Shown in pieces: positions 44,771-53,637 of a DNA stretch of 61,892 bases. The notes below the pieces were generated by a model, which saw only the letters and a program-made list of their open reading frames with translations, did not search any database and was not told where the DNA came from. This stretch comes from an uncultured Candidatus Saccharibacteria bacterium (lineage in GTDB: Bacteria > Patescibacteriota > UBA1384 > DTJR01), in assembly GCA_964580065.1 (NCBI GenBank), contig CAZOJE010000004.1, forward strand, positions 1-61,892. Direction: 5' to 3'. The translations under genes were made by a program, and so were the position numbers. The stretch's first letter is position 1; each line of letters starts with the position of its first letter.

Positions 44771-44796
44771 ATGGCCCCGATTTCGATCGGGGCCAT
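44771..44796. terminator. 11-bp perfect hairpin with a UUCG loop between convergent genes
   Basis: The sequence is atggccccgat-ttcg-atcggggccat. There is no clear U tract. It lies 18 nt after the 90-aa ORF stop and 6 nt from the stop of the convergent 44802..46421 gene. Confidence 0.45.
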
Positions 44797-44801
44797 CATC
44801 G

Positions 44802-46421
44802 TTAAAGGCAAATATTATCGCCCGCAGAACCTTGCAACTTAATTTTCCAAACACTGTCGTCGTCAATTAATTTACATTCTTCTAAACCCGTGATGCTTTG
44901 GATAACGGGATTGTCAAAACTGGCAGTATTTTCTCGATAAATAATAGCAATTTTGCGCTTATACTGACTGGTCAGATCATAAATTTCTGTCAACTGTTCT
45001 TTTTGATTAAAGGGCTCTAAATACAAAACGCTTTGATTGGCGTTGCCGTAAAGCGCCTGATAATAATACATGCCCCAGTCAACCACGATGTAAAAATAAT
45101 TTTGGGCCAAAACAGGGTCGGAAAGGACTTTATTAACTTTTATTTTGGAGCGGTCGTCCCAAGATTGAACCGACTGGGTTGGAAAAATAACAAAATAATA
45201 AGTGTTTAAAATAATAAAAAGACCAATGAGCAGATAAAAAAACGTCTTTAATTTTCTAGAAAATTGTTTTTTTAGAAAGTAGCTTAAGAAAAGGCCATAG
45301 CCGAGAGCCAAAAACGACAAGCCCAAAACAAAGTGGTGCATGGCCCAAGAGTCAACCGAACGAAAAGCAAAAAATTCACTCGCAATAAAACCGAGAAAAA
45401 AAGCCGCCGAGCGTAACAAAAAGTTTTTTTCTTTTTTAATACCGTAGAAAATCGTCAAAAGCAGAGGGGTTAAAATATAAAAAACCAATCCATACGACTT
45501 GCTAAGAAAATTCGGTTTTATTACTTCAAAAGCTCTTTGGGTCGCCTCAAGCGGATTGACAAGCGAGCTGCAAAGTCTACTTGTCCGCAAACTATTTATA
45601 TCCAAAAGAAAATCAAGAGGGCGACCTTTAGCCCCTTTGGCAATTTCCAACCAAGCATAATGGCCGCCCATATCACGAAACGAAAGAAAGTAATACATTG
45701 CGGCGGCAAAAATCATTATTGCCAAGCCAAACTGCCACAGATAAGTTTCGATTTTGGGTTTAATCGTGCGCCAATTTAAATAAAATTCGGTCAAGGTATA
45801 AAACAAAATTCCCGGAACGAGCCAAACAAAAACCGGCTTGATCCAAATGGCCAAAAACAATAGTAAAACAATTGTCAGCGGATAACGCAATTTTGCATTC
45901 TCAAGCCATTTTCTCTCTAAAAAGTAAATGGCAATAACCGTAAAAATTTGGAATCCGACCGGACCGGTATCGGCCAAATGCTGATAAAAATACGGAAAAA
46001 ATAAAAGTAAAAAAATCCACGACCAGCGGAATTTAAAATTAAAAGCTTTTGAAAGTAAAAAGGCCTCCAAAATCAAAAAAAACATACCGGCGAAGCGGGC
46101 CGATATTGGGTTTCGCCAAAGGAGAAAAAACGGCAAGTAATATAAGGAACCGAAAGAACCGCTGTAAGCAAAAGTTCTAATCGGCAGAGAAGCGTGAAAA
46201 ATCGGATCAAAAAGGTCGTAGCCGCCGCACGCTTCTCGAAAAGAGTTAAGCCCGTTGTATTTATAAAAAAGACAGGACAAATTCGAAAAATGGATGAACT
46301 CGTCCATATTGTAAGGCACGATTGCCGAAAAAATGACCACTAAAGCCAGACCGAGCGCCAAAACAAAAGCGGCTTTAAACCAAAAATTATTTTTTAATTT
46401 CGTGATATTCTTCGTCCGCAT
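44802..46421 (-). CDS. Polytopic membrane protein, GT-C-like (PMT/ArnT-type) glycosyltransferase candidate
   Basis: The 539-aa protein has more than 10 TM helices followed by a soluble C-terminal domain. Confidence 0.6.
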   Translation of the reverse strand: MRTKNITKLKNNFWFKAAFVLALGLALVVIFSAIVPYNMDEFIHFSNLSCLFYKYNGLNSFREACGGYDLFDPIFHASLPIRTFAYSGSFGSLYYLPFFLLWRNPISARFAGMFFLILEAFLLSKAFNFKFRWSWIFLLLFFPYFYQHLADTGPVGFQIFTVIAIYFLERKWLENAKLRYPLTIVLLLFLAIWIKPVFVWLVPGILFYTLTEFYLNWRTIKPKIETYLWQFGLAIMIFAAAMYYFLSFRDMGGHYAWLEIAKGAKGRPLDFLLDINSLRTSRLCSSLVNPLEATQRAFEVIKPNFLSKSYGLVFYILTPLLLTIFYGIKKEKNFLLRSAAFFLGFIASEFFAFRSVDSWAMHHFVLGLSFLALGYGLFLSYFLKKQFSRKLKTFFYLLIGLFIILNTYYFVIFPTQSVQSWDDRSKIKVNKVLSDPVLAQNYFYIVVDWGMYYYQALYGNANQSVLYLEPFNQKEQLTEIYDLTSQYKRKIAIIYRENTASFDNPVIQSITGLEECKLIDDDSVWKIKLQGSAGDNICL

Positions 46422-47793
46422 TTATTTCCCAAACGTTCAGATTCGCTCCCATAATATTGCGCGCGCTGTAAAGACCGGACAAAATCGAGTGATCCATATT
46501 ATTATAGCGGAACATGCCGCCGCGTCCGGCCACGTGTAAATTGTCAAATTTTTCGATCTCGCGGCGGATTTTGACAATTTCTTTTTGATAGTCACCAAGA
46601 TAAATCGGATAAGCGTCGCGCATACGATAGACATTGCCTTCGATGACATCGGCTTTTTTGATTAAACCCATTTTTTCCATTTCTTCGCCAGCTAATTCAA
46701 TCAAATCTTTGTCGGGCGTGTTCCATAAGGCATCGCCTTGATTACAAAAATATTCACAACCGATCGGCGTGATTTGAGGATTTTTAGCCATATCCTTGCT
46801 CCAATTTTTGAAATTCTGCACGCGGCCAACCGTAACCGCCGGATCGTGAACGTAAATCCAAGTATCGGGAAAAATATTTTTTACATTTACAACTAAATTG
46901 ACCGTTAGAAAATCGCGAAAAGTCAGTTTTTTCTCGACGCCGGCGAGACTTTTGATCGAGGGAGACAAAAAACGGGCCGTATCCGGCAAAGGCATAGTTG
47001 ACAAATAACTGTCGGCACAATACGTCACCTTTTTGCCTGATTCGTCCGTTCCCCTAACTGCCGTTATGTGACCGTTTTCATGATCCAGCTCGTTAATTTT
47101 TACGCCGAAAATGATTTCGCCGCCCATTTTTTTGATATTGGCGGCCATTTGCTCGTACATCATGCCTGGGCCATATTTTGGATAATCAAACTTTTCGATG
47201 AGACTCTTAACTTTAACCTTGGGCTTAAACAGTGAATTTTTTACCGCCTCCCACAGCGACAGACCCTTAATGCGTTGAGCCGCCCAATCGGCCGAAAGTT
47301 CATCGGTCGAAATGCCCCAAACTTTTTCTGTATATGATTTAAAAAACATCAAAAAAAGTTTTTTGCCAAAGCGATTAGTCGTCCAATCAGCAAAACTTTT
47401 TTCATTTTTGATGGGGAAAAGGCGATAGCGGACGAAACTGCACAGGCAAGCTACGCTTGTGGCAAATCCGGCTTTTCGAAGTGTGTCTTTAAGTTCGATC
47501 GGATAGAGAAAAAATTTTTTTTGATAATAAATGCGTGAAAGCCGCGCCGTAGAACGAAAATCTTTACCTAGAGTATCGCGCCAAAGCTTATCGACCTCTT
47601 CTGATTTGGTAAAAAAACGGTGGCCGCCGACATCAAAACGATTGCCGTTTTTAAAAATAGTTTTAGAAATACCGCCAACCTGTTTTTCGCGATCAAGAAT
47701 AATCGGCTTATAGCCATTTTTCGCTAGCTCTAAACCGGCCGAAAGTCCGGCCGGTCCAGCTCCGATAATTAAAACTGTTTTTTTGTTTGACAT
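46387..47793 (-). CDS. FAD-dependent oxidoreductase (amine-oxidase / UDP-galactopyranose-mutase-like fold)
   Basis: The N-terminal dinucleotide fold is TVLIIGAGPAGLSAGLEL...ILD, followed by GG.SKT. It is 468 aa long. Confidence 0.7.
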   Translation of the reverse strand: MSNKKTVLIIGAGPAGLSAGLELAKNGYKPIILDREKQVGGISKTIFKNGNRFDVGGHRFFTKSEEVDKLWRDTLGKDFRSTARLSRIYYQKKFFLYPIELKDTLRKAGFATSVACLCSFVRYRLFPIKNEKSFADWTTNRFGKKLFLMFFKSYTEKVWGISTDELSADWAAQRIKGLSLWEAVKNSLFKPKVKVKSLIEKFDYPKYGPGMMYEQMAANIKKMGGEIIFGVKINELDHENGHITAVRGTDESGKKVTYCADSYLSTMPLPDTARFLSPSIKSLAGVEKKLTFRDFLTVNLVVNVKNIFPDTWIYVHDPAVTVGRVQNFKNWSKDMAKNPQITPIGCEYFCNQGDALWNTPDKDLIELAGEEMEKMGLIKKADVIEGNVYRMRDAYPIYLGDYQKEIVKIRREIEKFDNLHVAGRGGMFRYNNMDHSILSGLYSARNIMGANLNVWEINADEEYHEIKK

Positions 47794-47858
47794 AAAATAA
47801 TAACAACGGCATTTTTCAGCCGGCTAATTTAGATTAGCACTTTTTCCGACAAAAATAA

Positions 47859-49451
47859 CTAATGCTTTGTACTAGAAGAGCTAGTGGCTGATTCAACGGC
47901 TTTAACTGATTTAATTTGATACAAAACCGAGCCGTCGGAAAATGTTTTTTTCGCCGTGCAGGCCTGCTGGCAAGCCGATTCTATGGCCTTGTAAAGTTTG
48001 GTGAAATTTTGAAATTCAGGATAAACATCTTCATTCGGCAAGGAGGCCGTTTTTTTGCCTAAATAAAGATAACCAACGTCATAGGTTTGGGCCGCGACGG
48101 CTAAATCACGCGGTGTTTTCACCGCCTCCAAACCAATCGGTATCAAATCTTTATCAAGAAAAAATTTTAGATATGGAGTGGAATTATTAGTGAACAAGCG
48201 TTTGATTTCACTAATTTTGTTCATTTCGTTTGCTTTGGCTAAATCGGCTGAATCAAACCAAATCATGTTGTTAAAGAAATCTGGCGCCCGAAAACTGCCG
48301 GCGTTAACCTGAATGAGATTAATCGCCACAAAAAAACCAAAAACGCCATAAACTAAATTTCTTTGCAATTTATGCGAGCACATTTCGACAAACGACGACA
48401 GCATAACGGCCGCGGCTAAAATCAGCGGGATACCCGTTTCGCGAGCCACTCGCCCGGGCAAACCACTGGCGGAAGTTCGCGAAAAGGCGAATAAAACAAA
48501 AAACCAAACCAAAATCAGCAAAATAGCCGGAAAGGTTTTTTTCTCGCTTTCAGCGCGATTAAGCTTTGTTAGCAGAAAAATTATCCCCGCTAAACCAAAA
48601 AACCACGGTAAAAATCCAACCTGGAAGGGATATTCCGCTTGTTCGATCGGCTGAATGAAACTGGGGTCGCCAAAGAAAGTGCCGCTAGTTTTAAAGTTGT
48701 TATAAGCGTTAACAAACATTTCCTTGGCGGGCGAAAGATAAATTCCGACCGCCACGAGCACCAACAGCCCGATCAGCAAGCTAATAATTTTAATTGACTT
48801 AGTCGATTTTCCTCGAAAGGCATTATAAATCGCCATTGTCAGCAAAAAGGTAATGGCGATCAAAATAAATAAAGCGGTTGTAAAATGATGCGTCAAAATC
48901 GTCAACGACAGAAAAACCAAAGCATAAAAAATATTCTTCCTTCTTTGCTCACTAAAGGCCTTGACGATGTAGGACAGGGCAATCGGCATGAAAAATCCAG
49001 CGGCTAAAATGTTGGGATAATTGCCATCAGCGTAAGCGATTAGACCATAATTTGCCGTAAAAATTGCAATAAAAAAACCAAAAATAGCCGCGCGCGTGGA
49101 AAAGTTTTTTTTCAAAAAGATATAAACGGCAATTGAGGGTAAAACGACCATGGCCGGCGTTAGCCACTTCAAGCCCTCAACCAAATTTCCACCAAAAAAC
49201 AACTGGGAAAAATAATAGGCCAGCAAATGGAAAAGGGGCGGATAACCGCTGGAAAATTGCCACGCGCCGGCATTTTTAATGCTGACAAGATGGTTGGCCG
49301 CGTCGCCGCCCGGCGGGACAAGATAGCTGTAAAAAGAGAAAGGGAAATACAAAACATAAAGTCGAATAGCAATGGCTCCTAAAACCAAAATGGCGGTCAA
49401 AATTGCCACTATTTTATCTGTACTGTCGAGTTCTCTTGTTCCTCGTTCCAT
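47859..49451 (-). CDS. Polytopic membrane protein, GT-C-like glycosyltransferase candidate
   Basis: The 530-aa protein has more than 10 TM helices and a soluble C-terminal domain of about 130 aa. Confidence 0.6.
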   Translation of the reverse strand: MERGTRELDSTDKIVAILTAILVLGAIAIRLYVLYFPFSFYSYLVPPGGDAANHLVSIKNAGAWQFSSGYPPLFHLLAYYFSQLFFGGNLVEGLKWLTPAMVVLPSIAVYIFLKKNFSTRAAIFGFFIAIFTANYGLIAYADGNYPNILAAGFFMPIALSYIVKAFSEQRRKNIFYALVFLSLTILTHHFTTALFILIAITFLLTMAIYNAFRGKSTKSIKIISLLIGLLVLVAVGIYLSPAKEMFVNAYNNFKTSGTFFGDPSFIQPIEQAEYPFQVGFLPWFFGLAGIIFLLTKLNRAESEKKTFPAILLILVWFFVLFAFSRTSASGLPGRVARETGIPLILAAAVMLSSFVEMCSHKLQRNLVYGVFGFFVAINLIQVNAGSFRAPDFFNNMIWFDSADLAKANEMNKISEIKRLFTNNSTPYLKFFLDKDLIPIGLEAVKTPRDLAVAAQTYDVGYLYLGKKTASLPNEDVYPEFQNFTKLYKAIESACQQACTAKKTFSDGSVLYQIKSVKAVESATSSSSTKH

Positions 49452-49523
49452 AAAAGTAATTATATCGGTTTTTCCACTTTTCTCAATTTCGCTAAATTAT
49501 TCCGATCGTATCGCAACAAAAAT

Positions 49524-50285
49524 TTAGCTAAGGGCTAAAGCCAAAACAATCACTTTTTCAACACCGTGGCGCTTTAAAAATTTAGTGGCTTCTTCCACGG
49601 TAGCGCCACTGGTTACAACATCGTCGATCAAGAGAATCTTTTTCGGCAAAAGCAAGTTCGGCATCAGATCAAAAATGCCCCTAACATTGCCTCGACGTTC
49701 AGATTTACTGGGAAGGTCGGCCTGCACCTGACCAATAGTTTTTCGCCTTAAGACCTCGACCAACGCCAAACGACTTAAAGAAGAAATTTCCCTAGCCAAT
49801 AAAGCCGCTTGGTTGTAGCCACGGATTCTTTTTTTGCTCTGGTGCGATGGTATGGGCACCAAGACAAAGTCACGCCAGTTCGGTTCGATTAGAGCGGCCA
49901 TTTTTTGGCCAAAATAAGGAGCAAGGGTGGATACATCATTATATTTGAATTGCTTGATGAGTTCGCGCGCAAATCCACGGTAGCTAAAATAAGCCACGAT
50001 TTGCTCTGGCAGATATTCTTTGGCACATTTTGAGCAATACCTCCCCTGCGGATTTCTAACGCCGCAACGGATGCATTTAAGCGCCGCGCGGGGGAGAATT
50101 TTTTCGCAAGACGAGCAAACAACACCTTCGGCTTGAGCACAAATGTGGCACAAGTCCGGATAAACAAAACGATTGAGAGTTCTTTTTAAAACCGCCCCAA
50201 ATTTAACCGTTGACTTTGATATCCCAATATATGCCGTATTCCTCCATCCAGCAGATACCGTCGGCCACAACACGGAAATATTCAC
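49524..50285 (-). CDS. comF: ComF family protein (phosphoribosyltransferase domain with N-terminal Cys-rich zinc-finger-like region)
   Basis: It contains CHIC....CSSC and CIRCG....CSKC pairs, plus the PRT motif ILLIDDVVTSGATV. The only in-frame ATG (50285) overlaps the upstream gene by 83 nt, so the start is uncertain. Confidence 0.75.
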   Translation of the reverse strand: MNISVLWPTVSAGWRNTAYIGISKSTVKFGAVLKRTLNRFVYPDLCHICAQAEGVVCSSCEKILPRAALKCIRCGVRNPQGRYCSKCAKEYLPEQIVAYFSYRGFARELIKQFKYNDVSTLAPYFGQKMAALIEPNWRDFVLVPIPSHQSKKRIRGYNQAALLAREISSLSRLALVEVLRRKTIGQVQADLPSKSERRGNVRGIFDLMPNLLLPKKILLIDDVVTSGATVEEATKFLKRHGVEKVIVLALALS

Positions 50286-51687
50286 GGTAAGTGCCCGGGG
50301 ACACGTGATTGTTTTTCATCCAAAAAGAGTAAGTGGCGATTTCACCCGGAGCCACGGTTGCTTCTTGAAACTGAACGCGGTTGGGTGATGTCCAGCCGGA
50401 AGGGCCATTGCCTTCACGCAGGAACATTGGGATACGATCTTGATCGCGAGAAGTGCCTAAATTGACCTCGCCTCTTTTCCATGTCGTATAACCGGTATTC
50501 CTAACTTGAACAACAAAGTTGTAGGAGTCGCCAATATTCATGGTGGGATATTCGTTCTGGCCAGCGAAAGAATGGGCGTATTGTTCAACAATAGTCGGTA
50601 CTTTGACGTCCCAGTAAATACCGTAATCCTCAAGCCAATAAACACCGTCGGCCACAACACGGAAATATTCACGGTAAGTGCCCGGGGACACGTGATTGTT
50701 TTTCATCCAAAAAGAGTAAGTGGCGATTTCACCCGGAGCCACGGTTGCTTCTTGAAACTGAACGCGGTTGGGTGATGTCCAGCCGGAAGGGCCATTGCCT
50801 TCACGCAGGAACATTGGGATACGATCTTGATCGCGAGAAGTGCCTAAATTGACCTCGCCTCTTTTCCATGTCGTATAACCGGTATTCCTAACTTGAACAA
50901 CAAAGTTGTAGGAGTCGCCAATCTTGAGTGCCGGATAGGCATTTTGGCCAGCAAAGGAATAAGAAAATTCGGGACTGGCAAACCAGTTATTGATATAAGT
51001 ATAAAAATTATAATTACCACTATATACATGGGGGGTGTAGCGGTACAAAGAAGCAGTGGCGCGATTGCCAAAAGTTCCTGAATGGGTGCCGTTCCAATCG
51101 TCAAAAGAAAAAGATTGCCCCACTTGGTAGTCGCCGAAACCACGACCTTGGGCGCGCTCATAATTGTAGCGCAACTGCCAAGCGGCGTTTTCTACCTGTT
51201 TAGTAAAACCAATATAAGCAGGGTTGCGGCCGCCCGAATCAGGACAAGCATAGCCCATGGCCACTTCAAGCAAATTATCTTTGCGGCTGGCGGCATTTGT
51301 ACCAAAAACAATGCCGGTTTCTTTTTGCAAAGTTACAATAATAACTTCAGGGTTGACCGTGCCGGTCGATTCATTAATCGTAATTCCGTTGATGGAGCCA
51401 GCCGCTTCGTTCCGGCCATGAGCGGCATCATAAATAATTTGGGCCGCCGTGCGTCCACCCTCGGAAAAGTCCTTCAAAAAGCTGCCCTTGCTAACAAGAA
51501 ATCTTTGAATAGCGGCGGCATCCATTCGGTTGATATCAGTAAACTTTCCGTCTGAAGTCAAAATATTAGCGTCAAAATCAGCTTTGGTTTTATCGGGGGA
51601 TAGACTCAACAGCAAAACTGCCAACACAGCGGTGTATGCTAAAATCCCAAGAGTTGTTTTTACCTTCCTCCTTGACATTAACTTCAT
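50203..51687 (-). CDS. Membrane-anchored/secreted protein with two tandem Ig-like (NBR1-like) repeat domains
   Basis: An N-terminal signal/anchor (KVKTTLGILAYTAVLAVLLLSL) is followed by two repeats of about 129 aa with 93 identical residues (IGDSYNFVVQVRNTGYTTWKRG...REYFRVVADG). Confidence 0.75.
   Translation of the reverse strand: MKLMSRRKVKTTLGILAYTAVLAVLLLSLSPDKTKADFDANILTSDGKFTDINRMDAAAIQRFLVSKGSFLKDFSEGGRTAAQIIYDAAHGRNEAAGSINGITINESTGTVNPEVIIVTLQKETGIVFGTNAASRKDNLLEVAMGYACPDSGGRNPAYIGFTKQVENAAWQLRYNYERAQGRGFGDYQVGQSFSFDDWNGTHSGTFGNRATASLYRYTPHVYSGNYNFYTYINNWFASPEFSYSFAGQNAYPALKIGDSYNFVVQVRNTGYTTWKRGEVNLGTSRDQDRIPMFLREGNGPSGWTSPNRVQFQEATVAPGEIATYSFWMKNNHVSPGTYREYFRVVADGVYWLEDYGIYWDVKVPTIVEQYAHSFAGQNEYPTMNIGDSYNFVVQVRNTGYTTWKRGEVNLGTSRDQDRIPMFLREGNGPSGWTSPNRVQFQEATVAPGEIATYSFWMKNNHVSPGTYREYFRVVADGICWMEEYGIYWDIKVNG
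50258..50922 (-). repeat. In-frame tandem duplication with 387-bp period; 278-bp cores (50258-50535 and 50645-50922) appear identical
   Basis: The two cores look the same at nucleotide level by eye. This is confirmed indirectly by identical translations in the supplied track, both on the coding strand and in the antisense ORFs 50173..50388 and 50506..50775. Confidence 0.85.
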
Positions 51688-51709
51688 TATAGCACAAAGA
51701 CGAAAAAAG

Positions 51710-52666
51710 CTAATAATTGATATGCAAACCGCCGTTATTCAAAAGTGGGTCATAGCTTATGCCAGCCAGCGGTGATCCCAATTGAAAATTGAATGGCACA
51801 TTTTTTTTGGCCAAACTAACGAATACTTTTTGCCAGTCTTCGCCGAACGCCTTAACCGCCCAGACTGGAAAAATTAGAGATGTGGCAATAATGCGGCGGT
51901 TTCCGACATTGGCGGACGTGCTATAACAGCCGGCTTTGTCAACATTCAAAATCTCGTAAGCCAATTGAGCGATTTTTAAGGTAGCCGCTTTGCGCGAATT
52001 ATCCTCTATCTTTAAATAATCAAAAGTGCCCGGATCATATTTGGCAATTTCCGCCGGATACGAAGTAGCCGTTTTTTCTTCCAGCGAAGCGTCGATTGGA
52101 TCCATGGGATAGTAGCCAACCGCACAAGTAACGCGGCAATTGCTCGGCACAGTGTCGGTTGGTTGGGTTAGCGAGGAATAAATCAAAGAAATTCCATATG
52201 AAGCAAAAATTGACGAAATGGGCGGGAGATTACCAGATTGGCAAGTTTTGGTGCATTTAATTTTATCCAAATGAGTTACACGAACGCCCGTGCCTCGCGT
52301 AAGGGTCGAGCTCGACGGCAAGTTGCCTTTGGAATTGGTAAGATCCGAAGTCGAATCGCCAGTGCCCAGATACAAGCCAATGAGATCGTGTTTGGTACTC
52401 CCGCCGCAAGCCGTTTTGTCTTGTCGTGATAAATAAGTTAAAAGTTTAATCAGCCGCGTGTCAAATTTCACCACGCCATTTTCGATTTCGGGATAGCTGT
52501 TGTTCCATACTAACGGCTGGCCGGCTTCCCCCTCAACCGAAAATAAGTCTTCAAAATTTTTCCAAACCGTGTCGTTTTCCTTCACCGCCCGCAAAGAAGT
52601 TGTCCCTGTGTAGCCAAAATTACTAATTATGCCGACAAAAAAGCAAGTTATTCCGCCAATGAGCAA
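51710..52666 (-). CDS. N-terminally anchored hypothetical protein (Cys-containing extracytoplasmic domain)
   Basis: The ORF track uses a TTG start. The in-frame upstream sequence (..KTALARTWRFFRWPLAIFL) looks like the missing part of a signal anchor but has no canonical start codon, so the 5' end is unresolved. Confidence 0.55.
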   Translation of the reverse strand: MLIGGITCFFVGIISNFGYTGTTSLRAVKENDTVWKNFEDLFSVEGEAGQPLVWNNSYPEIENGVVKFDTRLIKLLTYLSRQDKTACGGSTKHDLIGLYLGTGDSTSDLTNSKGNLPSSSTLTRGTGVRVTHLDKIKCTKTCQSGNLPPISSIFASYGISLIYSSLTQPTDTVPSNCRVTCAVGYYPMDPIDASLEEKTATSYPAEIAKYDPGTFDYLKIEDNSRKAATLKIAQLAYEILNVDKAGCYSTSANVGNRRIIATSLIFPVWAVKAFGEDWQKVFVSLAKKNVPFNFQLGSPLAGISYDPLLNNGGLHINY

Positions 52667-52757
52667 AAAAATAGCCAGCGGCCACCTAAAAAAACGCCAC
52701 GTTCGCGCAAGAGCTGTTTTTGCCGTTTGCCCCGCGATTTTCCCTCCTTATAAGCGA

Positions 52758-53630
52758 CTAATTTTCAGTAACTGTCTTTAAATATTTTTTGAATTCTTCG
52801 CCAATATCTTCTCGGGAGATCCCTAATTTGGCTGTCGCTTTGAGATATCCAAGAACTTCACCGCAATCCAGCAATTCGCCGTCAAATTCGTAAGCGTAAA
52901 ATTCTTTTTGGCCTAAAAGATCGCGAATCGCGTCCGTTAGCTGAATCTCCCCGCCCGAACCCTGTTGAGTTTGTTTGAGTTGATCAAAAATTTCTCGCGG
53001 CAAAATATAACGGCCGACTACCGCCAAATTTGACGGCGCGTTTTGTGGTCCGGGTTTTTCAACAATATCAACGATTCGGCTGACTTTGGGATCGTCGGTT
53101 TCTTCAACCTTGACTATGCCATAACGTTTTTGTCCTTCCTCATCAGTTTTGCGTACGGCGATTACGGCAGCGCCATATTTCTCGTGCACCGCCATCATTT
53201 GCTTCATGCAAGGTTCGGTCGAGTCGATAACGTCGTCAGGCAAAAAAACAGCAAAATAATCATCTTCGATCAGTCCGTCAGCCATTAGCACAGCGTGCCC
53301 CAGTCCAAGCGGCGGTTGTTTTTGGCGGACAAAAACGAATTTGGCAATATCAGCAATATCGCGAACTTGTTTCAAAAGATCACTCTTGCCTTTTTGTTCA
53401 AGAGCGCTTTCCAACTCAAACGAAGCGTCAAAATGATTTTCAATCGACTGTTTCCCCTTGCCGGTGATCATAACCATGAAGCCAATACCAGAATCAGCCG
53501 CTTCTTCAACACCATATTGAATGATCGGCTTATCTAGAAGCGGTAGCATTTCTTTAGGTTGGGCTTTAGTCGCTGGCAAAAAACGCGTTCCCAGCCCCGC
53601 GACCGGAAAAACAGCTTTAGTAATTTTCAT
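52758..53630 (-). CDS. galU: UTP--glucose-1-phosphate uridylyltransferase
   Basis: It contains KAVFPVAGLGTRFLPATKAQPKEMLP..DKP.IQY..EEA, the canonical GalU N-terminus. Confidence 0.9.
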   Translation of the reverse strand: MKITKAVFPVAGLGTRFLPATKAQPKEMLPLLDKPIIQYGVEEAADSGIGFMVMITGKGKQSIENHFDASFELESALEQKGKSDLLKQVRDIADIAKFVFVRQKQPPLGLGHAVLMADGLIEDDYFAVFLPDDVIDSTEPCMKQMMAVHEKYGAAVIAVRKTDEEGQKRYGIVKVEETDDPKVSRIVDIVEKPGPQNAPSNLAVVGRYILPREIFDQLKQTQQGSGGEIQLTDAIRDLLGQKEFYAYEFDGELLDCGEVLGYLKATAKLGISREDIGEEFKKYLKTVTEN

Positions 53631-53637
53631 AAATCTA

